From: Lama glama
Lineage: Eukaryota
Direction: 5' to 3'
NCBI GenBank assembly: GCA_028534125.1
Contig: CM052816.1
Span: forward strand, 41,046,001-41,110,000
DNA: 64,000 nucleotides
Position numbers and translations under genes: made by a program. Below, piece after piece: positions 14,408 to 27,276 of this stretch. Position 1 is the first letter of the stretch; every line of letters begins with the position of its first letter. A model generated the notes under the pieces. It worked only from the letters and a program-made list of their open reading frames with translations, was not told the origin of the DNA and did no database searches.

Positions 14408-15399
14408 GGGACTTGAATTTAAATTGATCTTATATATTGGAACTTTAAGATACAGTTCTGCTTTGTTTTTCCCTTGAAATGAGAATCACCTCATAAATTC
14501 AAATACCTGGGCTCATGATTACTTTTTCAATATGGTAGGGAGTTAAGATTTCATTCATTCAGTAAATATTTATTAAATATCTATTAGATATAAGATGCTG
14601 CTGCTGTATTAGGTACTGGAAATTGAGAGAGAAATAAGAGGAAGCCTCTGCCCTTTCAGAGCTTACAGCCAAGCAAAGAAAGTAGATACTAAATGATTGA
14701 TTACTTAACTACTCACATTTCATAATTGAAAGAAATGGATCCAGGAGAATATGAGATTGCGTAGAGGGAAATTTCTTTAGACTTAGGAGAGGATAGGGGA
14801 GAAGAGGGCACCAACATTTCCTTGTAAAACTTTTAGCAGCACAGAAGGAATTGTTAGTGCAAACAGTGAACAGAAGATGATTACAAGAAGAGCATAAAGC
14901 GTGGGGAGAAAGTTTGAAGTAGGAAGGATCATGGATATTCAAGAGACTTAGAATGTCTCTGGGCTACACAAATGGAGGGGGCAGGCGGAGAGGCCAGTGA
15001 GATGGCCCTGGGAAGGGACAGAGACCAGAACACCCAGACCTGCGTGGACAACTCCTCTCACCCAAAGTTCACCTAGTATAGTTACTCTTCCAGAATTACT
15101 GCTATGTCACACGGGGATGAAATGCAGGTATTTGTGATTTCTTTATTCCTCTTTTATTTCTGTCACATTTATTATTTATCTACATTACTGGTGGTGGGTC
15201 TTTTTAAGTCATACATAGGAAGCTTGAATTGCTTTGAAAGTAGGATACAATATATCTCAATACAGTAAATAAACGTAAATACATCTTTCTGCTATATTTT
15301 TATCCTTTTCCACTACAGTAAGTGATTTGCAAATAAGTACAAAAATAATCTATTCTTCTCCCAAAACAATGCCAAAAGGTAGAAACAAAAACCAGCATA

Positions 15400-17400
15400 C
15401 ACCACCAAAATGTAGCTTGAATGAATACCCTTCAGATGTCATGCATGTGATCCATTTGGAAGAGGGAGACAATGCAGGAAGACAAAATAAATATTTCTCT
15501 GTGCGAATATTTTTTCAAAATCTTAGAGATGCTCTTCCAGCTATAAACACAGAGTATCTTCCTTTAATACAGGGATTATACATGAATTTTGCACTGTTTA
15601 TTTTAGAATGAAATCAGCTGAGGCCAGAAACAGAACAATTTTCTTATAATAAGTTCATATTTTCCAATTTAAGAATTCTTCAATTTCATACTTCTCTGTT
15701 CCCCCTGCTATTCACCTGTATAGGTGAAAGCACTTTAATGCTTATTTATGCCACAATAAAGGAGTAAGTAGGGAAAACAAAACAATCACTTAAAACTAAA
15801 TGCCATTATTTTTTTGTTTCCATTCTTAAGGAAAGTATTGATTGAAGAGACTTGTAAATGAGTAATAATAAAAGAACTTAATTTCCACTTTGAAGAGTCC
15901 AGAGGTCATTTAACACAAATTTCTTCTCTGATAAGTAACAAATCTGAAACCCAGGGAGGTTAAATGATTTACCCAAGGTTCTCTAACCAGTAGGATTGAT
16001 TTCTGGTTTCCTGGTTTCCAGCTCTTCCCAATACTCCCTGCCCATAATTTCACTTTGCCATGTTATTCTTTTTCCAAAGAACAAAGTGGCTGCATATTGC
16101 TGTTCAACCTGCAGTAACATTAGAAATAAAATTCATCCAGAACCCTTATTTATAAGGCATCAACTTCAAAAGAATCAATTAATGTTGCAAAGTAATAAGA
16201 TTTTCTCAAAAAAAAAAAAAAAAGCCAGCAGAGCAATAGACCAAGATACAAAAGAAAAGGGCCTTACCCTTGGTGTCATTTAATCTTTATGTATGCCTTC
16301 ACATGGATAACCTTGGTGTTAAAAATAAAGGAATCAATTTTGTTACATTTCAGACCCAACAGTGACAGTAAATTTGTGAAGTGCTTACCAGAAGCAGAGA
16401 GCTTGGCTGGTTGTCTAGCAACAAAGTGAATAAGCATATTGGTATAAACTAACTATTCTTTAGAGGGAACTACTTTCATTATTCACTTATTAAGTCTGTC
16501 TCTTAACAAGAAGGAAAACAATACAAGACTTGGAGGGTGTAGGAGTGGAGGTATAACTGGAGAAGTGAGTTCTAAAAGTTCTAAAATTAACTTCTAGTAA
16601 TCTGTGGGGAAGGACTCATTTTTCCCCCCTAATTCAAATAGACCCATGCAGAGGTAGATCAGACACTGATGAAAGTAAGGGAGACGTACTCCAGAATCAC
16701 TGATTTAAAAAACTATCTTTTCATTTTGCGCCTAGTACCTAAGGAAACTGAGTCAAATACGACTCCTCTTACTCCAACTAGAAATGTTTGCCAACATAAA
16801 GGGGACTTTGACTAGTTGGATAAAATGCATTGATGATATCTATCAAACTCACTAATATTACATAAGAGGACATTTTCAAGGAAAAGTTTGGTTTGATTTA
16901 GCTGTACATCAAAAATGAGCGAGGCAAGAGGAAAGAAAGACTCATGTACAATTTTTCTTGTGAAGTGTGTCTACATTGATTGTCAGGCACATATCCCACC
17001 ATAAACTCTCTCTCTTGTTATTATTATTTTCTTTTAATCTCTGATCCTGGGCAAGAATTTTTGGATCTTGTTCCTGCAGGAATCAAGAAACTTCTGTCTT
17101 ATCCTTTCTGTCACCTGCGAGTAGCTTTAGTATCCTCCTTGACTCTTAACTTCTTGCTTGGATTTTGAATTGACGGCATGGTAACTGACTTCAATAAGCT
17201 TTTTGGTTCTTGACTACCGCAATTTGCTTTGGAGGGATCTCTGAAATCTACGTCCTTCCTTGATTTGCACAACATCCTTACCTAATCCTGATCCAATATT
17301 GTGGTTGGCTTCATCTGCCTTGTTTTTGTATTCTGCTTCTGCCCTTGAGATCCATCTCCACTCACAGCCCCTTCGTGTGCTGCAGTTCTACTGACACTTT
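15400..17400 (-). pseudogene. Probable 3' exon remnants (about 17000-17400, 16268-16311, 16059-16108, about 15400-15715)
   Basis: SVSRTAAHEG...DQD*VRMLCKSRKDVDFRDP...; VEQQYAATLFFGKRIT; EKYEIEEFLNWKI*TYYKKIVLFLASADF. Confidence 0.45.
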
Positions 17401-18049
17401 CTATTTGATTTAACATAATAATTAGACAAAATTTAAACATTTGGTCACATTTCTTTTTAGATAAAATAATCAAAATTGATAATGTTTACAAACAGTGTTT
17501 TCAAGATCTCTTGGGCTACTATTTTAAATGTAATAAATTCTTCATGAGTCTATTCAAACTAAATAGCACTTAAATGCTTATGTAAACAGTTTGAATAACT
17601 TAGAACCAAGGAAAACTCATTTTAAATTCCATTGGTTTTAGGGACCACACTATACTTAAATATTTCAATTGTAGGGTTAAAAAGGAAAGACAACACTAAT
17701 AATAAGATGTACTATGAATCTACTATGGTATCTGACTTTTCATTGGAACTTAAAAATATTATTCAATGAATATGTTCTAGCATATTCACTAACTGCAGAG
17801 GAAACCAACACTGGTAATTTAAGTATTTTATACAACGTCACATGCAAAGCAGGTGAAAGAGCTCAAATTAGAAACTGAGTTTTGTGTAACTTCAAAGTTA
17901 AGAATTTTAGCCATTTTTCTTAGTTTCTCGTAAGAAGCCCAACCTTAACTCCCCTGAAATTCTATTAAAAAGAAAAAGTGAATAGGTGATTCCAACTGAA
18001 AGCTATAAAGAAACTGTCTTTTTACCTTAAAAGAAATACACATAAAGGG

Positions 18050-18650
18050 AAGAGAAAGCAGTTATTCTCATATACTGCTGGTATGGGTGTCAACTGGTTC
18101 AAATGCTGTGGGAAACTATCTGGCAGCTTCTGCTGAAGTTAAACATATATGTACCCTGTTATTGGCAATGCTACTGCTAGGTATAGGTATGCACTCAAAG
18201 GAATTAAGGGCACATGTTGACTAAAAGCCATGCATGTGTAAGTTCGTACCAGAGTTATTCATAAGACCTTAAAACCCAAAGCAACCTAAAAGTCTATAAA
18301 GAATAAAATGAACTACACAGACTGTGGTGCATTCATACAGTGGAATAACAATGGAAAAAAGACAACCTTGGATCTCATAGATGTAAAACTGGGCTGCAGA
18401 ACCCTGACACAACATAGTATGCTGCATAGTTCCAAAAAGTTCTAAAACATGGAAAGCTGAACTCTGGTGACTGTGGTAAGAAGAATTATTTCCTGTGAGA
18501 AGGAAGTATTGACTAGAGGAGGCAAGGAGTTCTTCTAGAGCACTAGGAATAGTCTACATTGACTTGAGTGTTGGGTTACTCTCATGTGCATTCCTAAACA
18601 TTCACTGTGTAATTCAGGTGTCTGCATGTGTGTATGCTTTCATTTAAAAA
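18050..18650 (+). mobile_element. Old L1 ORF2/3' UTR fragment
   Basis: ctcatatactgctggt...ctgtggtgcattcatacagtggaatac. Confidence 0.7.
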
Positions 18651-19439
18651 TGTTCCAGGATGAGATTAAAATAAATTATTTATTAAAAGGTTACAATAAT
18701 CCTAGAAAATACATAATTTGAAACACTGAGTTTGAGTCTAACTTTCCTATAAGCCACATTTATAGGTATTACTTTCTTCCTAAATATAGGGTTAAAAGGA
18801 AGAATTAGTCCATAATCAGTGCTGAGAAATTGTATGACTCTTTAAAGAAAAACAGAAAACACTAGACCATTTTCTCACAGGGTACTAGAAAATAAATTCA
18901 ATATGGAATTAAAAGTTAAACATAGCAAAAAAAAAAACCCCCAAATTACTGGAAAAAATATAGATTATTTTTCTATTACTCAGTTGCATAAATCTATATG
19001 TAACACTATTTAAAACCATGAAGGAAAATATTGAAGTATTTTCTTTCATAGTTTAAAATTTCTTGTCATCAAAAGCTCAAAAGCAAAATTTGAAAAGCAA
19101 ATTTTGAAAAAGCAAGATAGGAAAGATATTTTCAGTCTCTGACAGGAAATGATTACTTATTACCTGTAGCACATAAAGAATGCTCATAAGCTATTTATGT
19201 ATTATGTCTAAGAAAAGCAGCACAACAGAAGTAGAGAGAGAATACAGACAATGTAAAAACGTAAGTAAAATATGTAGCATAGCCATGTAGAAAATGTTCA
19301 ACTTTATGTCAAATAGATGCAACTAAAACTACAATTAAAAATACTTCTTCTATCAAATTGGTAAAAAGTAAAAATATAATGGGTAGAGGAGTAAGAAGTA
19401 CAAAAAAATACACATTATCATGCATGCTTATTACATTAA

Positions 19440-20420
19440 ATTGGCTCAAAATATATAAACAGCCTATACAACTCAGTATCAAAAAACCCAACAACTCAAA
19501 AAATGAGAAGACCTGAATAGACATTTGTCCAAAGAAAACATACAGATGGCCAAAAGGCACATGAAAAAATGCTTAACATTGCTAATTATCAGGAAAATGC
19601 AAATCAAAACAACAATTAGATAAACATTCTGACAGATGAGATGTTATCATCAAAAAGTCTACAAATAAGAAATGTTGGTAAGATGTGGAGATAAGGGAAC
19701 CCTTATTATCTACTACTGGTGAGAATATAAGTTGGTGCAGCCACTATGGAAAACAGTATGAAGTATCCTCATAAAACTACAAATAGAAATACTGTATGAT
19801 CCAGCAATTTCACATCTGTGTATATATTCAAAGAAAATGAAAACACTAATTTGAAAAGATATATGCACCCCAATGTTCATAGCAGCATTATTTACAATAG
19901 CCCAGATATGGAAGCAACTAACTGTCCATCAACAGATGACTGGATAAAGAAGTCATGGTACATATACAGACATTGGAATATTACTCAGTCATAGGAAAGA
20001 ATGAAACTGTGCCATTTACAACAATGTGGATGGACCTAGAGGGTATTATGCTTAGTGAAATAAGTCAACCAGAGAAAGACGAATACTCTATCACTTACAT
20101 GTGGAATTTAAAAAACAAACAAAAAAAAAACAAATGTATATAATAAAACAGAAACAGACTTACAGATACAGAGAACAAACTAATGGTTACCAGTATGCAG
20201 AAGGAAAGGGGGAGGGGTAAGATAGGAGTAGGGAATTAAGAGATACCAACAGCAATATATAAAATAAACAAGCAACAAGGATGTATTGTACAGCATAGGG
20301 AAATATAACCATTATTTTGTAATAACTTTAAATTGAACGTAATCTATGAAAATACTGAATCACTATTGTATAACTCAAACGAACTATACTTCAATAAAAA
20401 TGTTTTAAATAAAATAAAAT
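19440..20420 (+). mobile_element. 5'-truncated L1 (ORF2 end and 3' UTR), next to older L1 debris at about 18860-19440
   Basis: L1 ORF2 3' motifs (gatccagcaatt, tggatggacctagagggtattatgc), AATAAA and A-rich tail. Confidence 0.93.
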
Positions 20421-22324
20421 AGTGACAGTAAGTCTTTGATGATATTGCTGATACAGATGGTGAAGAAAAAAGTGGATAAGCCAGAATTTTGGCTGAAAAA
20501 TCCGTAAGAATTTTTTGCCAGTGTTGGTATACATTATTGGGAGAAGTGGTCTCAAGTGCACCAAGACTGATGACATTCTTTGGAACAATTAGATATTATA
20601 TATGACATTTTCTCAGTCTGTCCAATATATCATATTAAATGAAAAACATATTAAATATTTGACCCAGCAACCTCTCTCAAACACATAGTGGGAATATAAC
20701 GTGCTATTAAAGCAATCAGATCTAATTCAACCGAGATACAATATACCAGAAGAGTTAAGGGAAACAACCAAATATCCTCAAGTAAAGAATGAAGTGCAGC
20801 CTAGCAACATAGAAATTAATTTTGAATTGGAGTACATCTACAGATACTTGATGAAAGTTTTTGTCTGCAATTAATGATGGTTAAAAAACCTTAAATAACT
20901 GAACAAATTTTAAAGTATTTTATTTTTTAAAGGGTTAAAATATTTATAATTTTTTCTACTAAAAGAAATGGCATGTGACACTTGCAAAAAGGTGGCAAAC
21001 CAATAAAACACAACACAGAAATAAAAACATTTCCCTGAAGAAAAAGATTCACATACGAATACAGTGAACTACTTAATACAAACTCTGTTTTCTAGTGATT
21101 ATAGACTAACACATAACTTTCACTAAACAGAGAGATGAGCAAATTGAAAAACATAGTACTATTTTTTTAAAGTTGGTGTTTTTATAAACATTTTAGCATT
21201 AAAATATTTGAAAGTAGAAACCCTATGTAGATCTACATGTTGCTAAAAGAGAGTAGGGCATTGTGATTATAAATAATGCTAATTTATACAATGTTAAATA
21301 TGTTGTTAAACACATTTATATGATGCTAAAATATGTTGAACTACTTTCTGATAATTTATCATTTGTAACCCCATTATGATATCTGAACATAATATACAAA
21401 AAAGTATATTTTTAACAGTCTAGATATTGCTTTAAGAAATTCGCTATTACCTTAGCAAAATAACTATATTCAAATTTAAATTCCTAAGATTCAAAGAGAA
21501 GTTCATCAGTTTGGAATACAAATTATGTGAGAATATCATTATAATAACACGAGCAGTGAGCATGTTGAAATGAAGGAAATAAAACAAATTGTATAAATCA
21601 ATAATTTATAAAGGATGTGTTTCATCCAGATAGCATTGGTTTATCAAAGAATGCCAGACTAGGGCAATATTAATTGGATTGAATTATCTTTGATCCTGAT
21701 ATCTTGCTATCATTCAATAGTAGAAAAATCATGCTTTGAAAAAGTTTTTATTTTTGAAAATATATCTGTGTGGGTTAGTAAAAAGAACATGTTCTATCTA
21801 CCATGTGTTAGCTTGGTTTATACCTTTTAAATATTGAGACTACTATATGGGGCCTCCAATGGTACCAATGTTCTTGATTACACATATTAGATCTTGGACA
21901 GGAGTTCAATCAGTAAAAGTTAACTCAGTAAATAGAGGGTGGCATATGGAAGCAATGTATTTAAGAAATTAAAAACAGCATATTATAATGGCCTACAATT
22001 ATTCAAAAAATTTTTTTCCATTAAAGAAACTAAAAGCATTTCAGTATGCTAGAACATTAGATATGTCATAAAACACAGGGGTGGATTTAACAGTAGCTGA
22101 ATAGTTAAATATTTTATGTTGTATCCACAAAATTAAATGCTATCCAGTCACCAGAAATCAAATTTTTGAAGCCTATCAGATTCATAGGCAAATGTTTTAG
22201 AATCTAAGTTTAAGTAGAGATATAAGCAAGATAGATTTATATTATGATGTGGATCATCTCCCTGTTTTTGCTTTCTCTCTCATTCTGATGACTCTCTTAG
22301 GCCTCTGTCTCTCTTTTGTGCAAT
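20420..22324 (-). pseudogene. Probable exon remnants near 22.3, 21.85, 21.7, 21451-21483 and 20.5 kb
   Basis: For example 33-nt tcttag|...AAG|GTAATA and the open frame NVISLGALETTSPNNVYQHWQKILTDFSAKILAYPLFSSP. Confidence 0.4.
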
Positions 22325-23309
22325 CTATGGATTTATTTATCCATACAAAAAGTCTAAGTAAATAATCTAAAATACAGTGATTTTTAAAAAACGATTCCTT
22401 CATTCTCAGAGTCTTAAAATGCCAACTCCTCTCACACATCTCAGCCAAAATAGGATATATAAAACATTTTATTAACTTGACTCTAATTCAGTATCAGTGA
22501 AGGATAATTTGTTATGTATTTTTGTATCTCCCATGGTGCCTAGCCTATTATTTTAATATAATCATGCCTCAGAAATGTTATTTTAAACATGAGTTCAATA
22601 CTTATCCACTGTAAGAACTGAACTTCCCAATATTAGAATGAAATTAAAACAAGCATAGATAAAAAGCTAATGACAAAAAAAGACAAATGGACTTCCTTAA
22701 AAATGACAGTTACTTGGCTATGAAAATGACAAACTATACTGTGAAAGGAGCTGCAGGTTAATTGAAAATTTTTGTTTAGCTCTTACTTGTCAATGTAGGA
22801 CAAACATTGTTAGTATTTGCAGAGTTTAGTGGACAGGAGGGCTGCTATGAACCTATCTGATATACATGCCTAATGACTTGCCATTCTTCCCATAAGGGAA
22901 AGAAGAAAGACAGGTGGATATGCATGCATAATTTGATAATCAGAAAGAGTTCCTGCCACTTCTTCCCAAATGATCATATAGGTGGAGGGACTAAGAAGGG
23001 CAAAAGTACATCCGGGTAATCACACCCAGAGATAATGCAGACATTGTGTTCCCTACTTAAAGAACATGAACAGGCAACTGGGTCCACAGCATCTCACAAG
23101 TAGTTAGACATATGGGGTTCTTTGAATGAACGTGTGGAGAGTTGTATGTTTCCAGCACCCTTTGTTTTCTACCTTCTCTTTCTGAATAGCCCCTTGAAAT
23201 ATTTCATTAAGGAAAGCATAGGCAATTCTCCAAAATGAGAAGTCTACAGTGACTGGAGGTAGCACTCAAATGGGTGGCCAGTGGTGCTACAGAAAAATTT
23301 TAAAAGCTG

Positions 23310-23770
23310 TTGTTTCAGTTATCTATGCTGTAAAACTAACTGCCTCAGAATGTATTGCCTTAAAACCACCACCATTTCTTTGCCCAAATTCCACGTGTTA
23401 GCCATTTGGACAGTCCTATGGGAGGGCTCATCTCAGTTCTGTGTGCTACGGACAGGCTCACTCATGCACTGACTGCCGGCTGGTAAGTTAATTCAGGGTC
23501 AGCAAGCCCCAGGGGCTTTCCTTGTTTGTGAATTCAACTAGGACTCTTGACCCAGGTGCTTCTGCTCTCTTCCACAGAACTTTTCCAGCAGAGTATCCCA
23601 GACTTCTTGACAGGGTGACTAAGTTACCAGGCTTCTAGCTGAATCATGTTTTTCATGTTCATTTGACCTAAGCAAGCCACAAAAACAAGCCCAGAGTCAG
23701 TATATAAAGAGACTACATCAGGGTGTGGGTACCACTATGGCATCAGAAGGCACTGTAGCAGTGTGGTCCT
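23310..23770. mobile_element. MaLR/ERVL (MLT-like) LTR
   Basis: tgtttcagttatctatgctgtaaaactaac start, typical MLT body. Confidence 0.6.
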
Positions 23771-23922
23771 GATATACAGAATCTGTGCTACTTTTGAGAC
23801 TTTCTGTGAATTTATAAGTGCCTCAAAAACTGTTTAATGCCAAAGTATAACTGTGTTTTGAATGTGTGTTTGTGTGTATTGTTCCTGCTCAGCAACTAGG
23901 GAAAATTTAGGGGAAATCTTAT

Positions 23923-25017
23923 CTGATTTTTGTTGTATATTTTCTCCTCCTTATTCTTGTTTTCTTCTCTTCCTGGATGGCCCATTGGGAGAGCCTTGCA
24001 GATCTGTTTTAAATCCTTTTCACTGTTTCCTTTATATGGCACACAATCTTGCAGAGGAGGAGGTGGGGGTACTGTTACTCTCATCTTCTGAAAAATTTCA
24101 ACACTTAAAAAGAAATGATAGTAAGATTTCACAACTACAGAGGAAACATCTGCTTCTCTTAAGCCATGGGCCAGATACTGAAATAATATGTGAACTAAGA
24201 TCCTCAGTGTCTATAGTTAAGTTTAAACATTCTCTGAAGAATTTTTTTTAATGACAGCTTGTCATAAATGTCTTCAGATTAGAAGTATCAAATTTTAATA
24301 TATATATCCCACAAACTAAGAGCTAATCCAGCCTTTTATAATTCTTAGAAATTGCAGGCCTGGAGTGATGGGGAAAGAATTTCTAAAAACTCAGAGAGTC
24401 TAAGTAATAATTACTTTAAAAATAAGTTCATCTCCTTCCAAAGTCATGTTTCAATTATTTAAAACATGCTTCACTGACTGCTATTCAAATACAAATTTTA
24501 AAATTTAGATATGTAGAAACAGACTCTGCCATGAAAAATATTTGACAAGAGTCCTTAATTCTTTATATTGTGTGGTAAGAACACACAACAGAAAAATCTG
24601 TCATTTTTACTAGAGAACAGGAGATAGTCAAACTTCCTAGGACACTTCATTCAATTTTGATTAATCAATTGAAAATTAATCAGCTCTTTGTTTAGTTCAA
24701 ATGTTTTCTTTTCCATATAGACCGAGACATTTTTATAATACAACAAATGGTTTTGTAGTACAAAGAGATTGTTCCATGGTCTCCCTCTAATTAGAACTAC
24801 TTTTAAATTGAAAGGGAGAGTGACATTTTTAATTTATTATTTTCTTTTCAAACAATGTATTATTCTGCTTCCAAATTATTTAAAGTTAGGGCGAACAAAG
24901 ATCTGTTCAATTATATGGTGATTGTTCTTCAAGCCTGAAACTTTCTCCTCCTCTCTCAAGGCTTTAGAAATGTCATGAGGACGATATAGAACTCTGGAAG
25001 ATTTGTTTTCCCTAGTA
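23923..25017 (-). pseudogene. Exon remnants about 24880-25017 (TRENKSSRVLYRPHDISKALREEE...) and 23923-24103 (VEIFQKMRVTVPPPPPLQDCVPY...NKNQ)
   Basis: Good acceptors, open frames; donor of the second reads CAG|ATAAGA. Confidence 0.65.
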
Positions 25018-25499
25018 CTGTCACAATTCAAGAAAATTTCAATCAAATAAAGTACCAATTACAGCTATTGTTTATGACCAGTTTATTTTCTAATCATCCT
25101 TTCATTTAATAGAATATATTAAAGTGCTTTTTGAAAGGTACTTTTTTATCAGTATAAACAAACTAGTTTTCTTGTTTCTAAATTATTAGTGAAAATTAGT
25201 GAAAATTGCACTTCATTAGAACCTCATGCATGCTCTAAAAATTCATATGATTACAGCTCCTCATCATTTGAGGCTCAAGCCTGATGGAATAATAGAATGT
25301 TAAAAATTCAATGTAGCTTCAACTAAGAGAAGGTTTTTAACAGATCTTACTCCCATTTTACAGCTTATCTAAGAGAAAGTAATTTAAATAGACTTGGAAA
25401 ATCAATGCTTATGTAGATCTGTATTTATTTACATAAAATGTATCTATGGCCTACTAATGAGTTGGAAAACAGGTGCCATTCATTCGGAAAAACTGTATG

Positions 25500-25960
25500 A
25501 ACTAGGTTTAATGGTCAGGATCCACTTAGGAAATCAGAATCCAATCTATGAAAGGAAAGGAGGGTTCCAATTCAAGAAATTTGTTGCAAAGGTGATGGAA
25601 CGTCTGAAGGAGCACAAGGGAGAAAGAAGATGCTATTATCCAGAGATCAGGAGTTGCTACCACCTGGGCTGGACCCCGTGAGTTCAAATCTACTGTTGGT
25701 GCTTCTTCAGGGGTCGACTTCCACTAAGCTTGTCTTTCCATCACTGAAACTACTAAAGCTGCTGTCTGGGACCCACAATCACCTGTAATTACTATCAGTG
25801 CTAATGTCAGAGCCAGAGGCAACAGTGCACCTCCCTCCCACCAGGCATCTTACCTCTGTTCAAGGACACCTATTGGTGGAGCCCATGAAAGACTCAATTG
25901 CAAGAAAGTTTAGAAAATGTAATGTTCAGATTTCCAAGCCTTGTGGTAAAGACAACACAG
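25500..25960. mobile_element. MLT1-like LTR
   Basis: ggtcaggatccacttaggaaatcaga...cctattggtggagcc. Confidence 0.5.
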
Positions 25961-26747
25961 GAGCATGGAATAGGGATACTAACAAATATTCCACAAATGT
26001 CAAGAAAAGGTTTTGAGCCAGGCCCTTATAGAAAGCTTATTCTTCTGGTGGGGGGAAAGTACGATGACCAGTTTATCTGAGAAAAATGTAATATTACATC
26101 TGTTACAGCTGCCATGAATGAAAGGTAGTGTGCTGTAAGACCATATAGTACTGGGAATTTGTCTAGAAAGGGAGAATTGAAAAGGTTTCTCTGAGAAAAT
26201 AACAATTTAACTGAGATCTGAAGGTATCCTATGTGTTAACTGGGGGAAGAATACAGGGGAAAACACCCCAGGCAGATATTCTTGTAAGATAACACTAGAA
26301 AACCATCATGGCTAGATCAGATGGCCAAGAGAGAGGGGAGTGTCAGTGTGAGCTGCTGAGGTAGATAGGCTATAAAACAATCATGTAGGATAAAATACCA
26401 TTTATGGAAAACAGTACACCAGTATCTATATGGATTTATACATGTACATATGTATTTTGGAGCTTGTGGTTATTTTACTAGTGGTTATTTCTAGAGGGTA
26501 TAATTCTAGATGTTTATAATATCTTCTTTTGAGCTACTTGATTTTTTTTAATTAATGAAGATACATACTTTTACAACAACACTATTGAAGCACAAACAGA
26601 ACCATTGGCCTGAACAGATATTCCTACAAAATTTACAGTCAAAAAAAAAAAAAAAAAAAAAGATGATCTTCTGTAAGCAGTACCATAAATAGGAGAGAAA
26701 TTCAGTGAAATTATTTTGAAAGAATATTTAGAAAGCCATAGAATTAC

Positions 26748-27276
26748 AAAGAAGACTAAACTCTTATATTTCTTTATTTCTTGCCCCAAATGCTGTCTAA
26801 ACATAGGCTTATTATCCAGGATCATAAATTATGTCATTTTATACTGCTGATAAATGATATATACCTCTAAAATTCAAATATGAAACTATGGTCAGAGTAG
26901 ATGCCTGAATTACTGGACACCTTACCTGAAAAGCCATTCCTGTGTAATCAAACTATACCCTAAAAAGATTAGAGAGATTCTATCATGGTAAGCATCTTAA
27001 CTGGCGCCAGTATCACCTACGGCAGCATTAACCAAAAAGTGCTCCATGGTGTTTCAAAGTGTACCAGTAACACAGGATGTTAACAGTTACTTCTTAAAAG
27101 GAGTTTATGATCAAACAATGAAATAAAATTTTTGTCCCATGAGACTTACTCCTTCAAATATCAATAGAGCAGCGAGCATTTTAAATCTGTAAGAGGGAGA
27201 TGCGGTATATAGCATTTCCAAAATGTGTTTGATAATAGGGCCTGCTTTTAAATTATCATCTTGAATCACTGATAGT
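26748..27276 (-). pseudogene. Three exon remnants: 27150-27276 (LSVIQDDNLKAGPIIKHILEMLYTASPSYRFKMLAALLIFEG), 26926-26959 (YSLITQEWLF), about 26748-26796 (RQHLGQEIKKYKSLVFF)
   Basis: Near-consensus sites (tcctgtag|...|GTAAGT; ctttttag|...CAG|GTAAGG); second and third join in phase, first-to-second needs a frameshift. Confidence 0.75.

Noticed and set aside
23862..24251. 129-aa plus-strand ORF
   Set aside because: Antisense shadow of the minus-strand PPPPP exon; no independent coding features.
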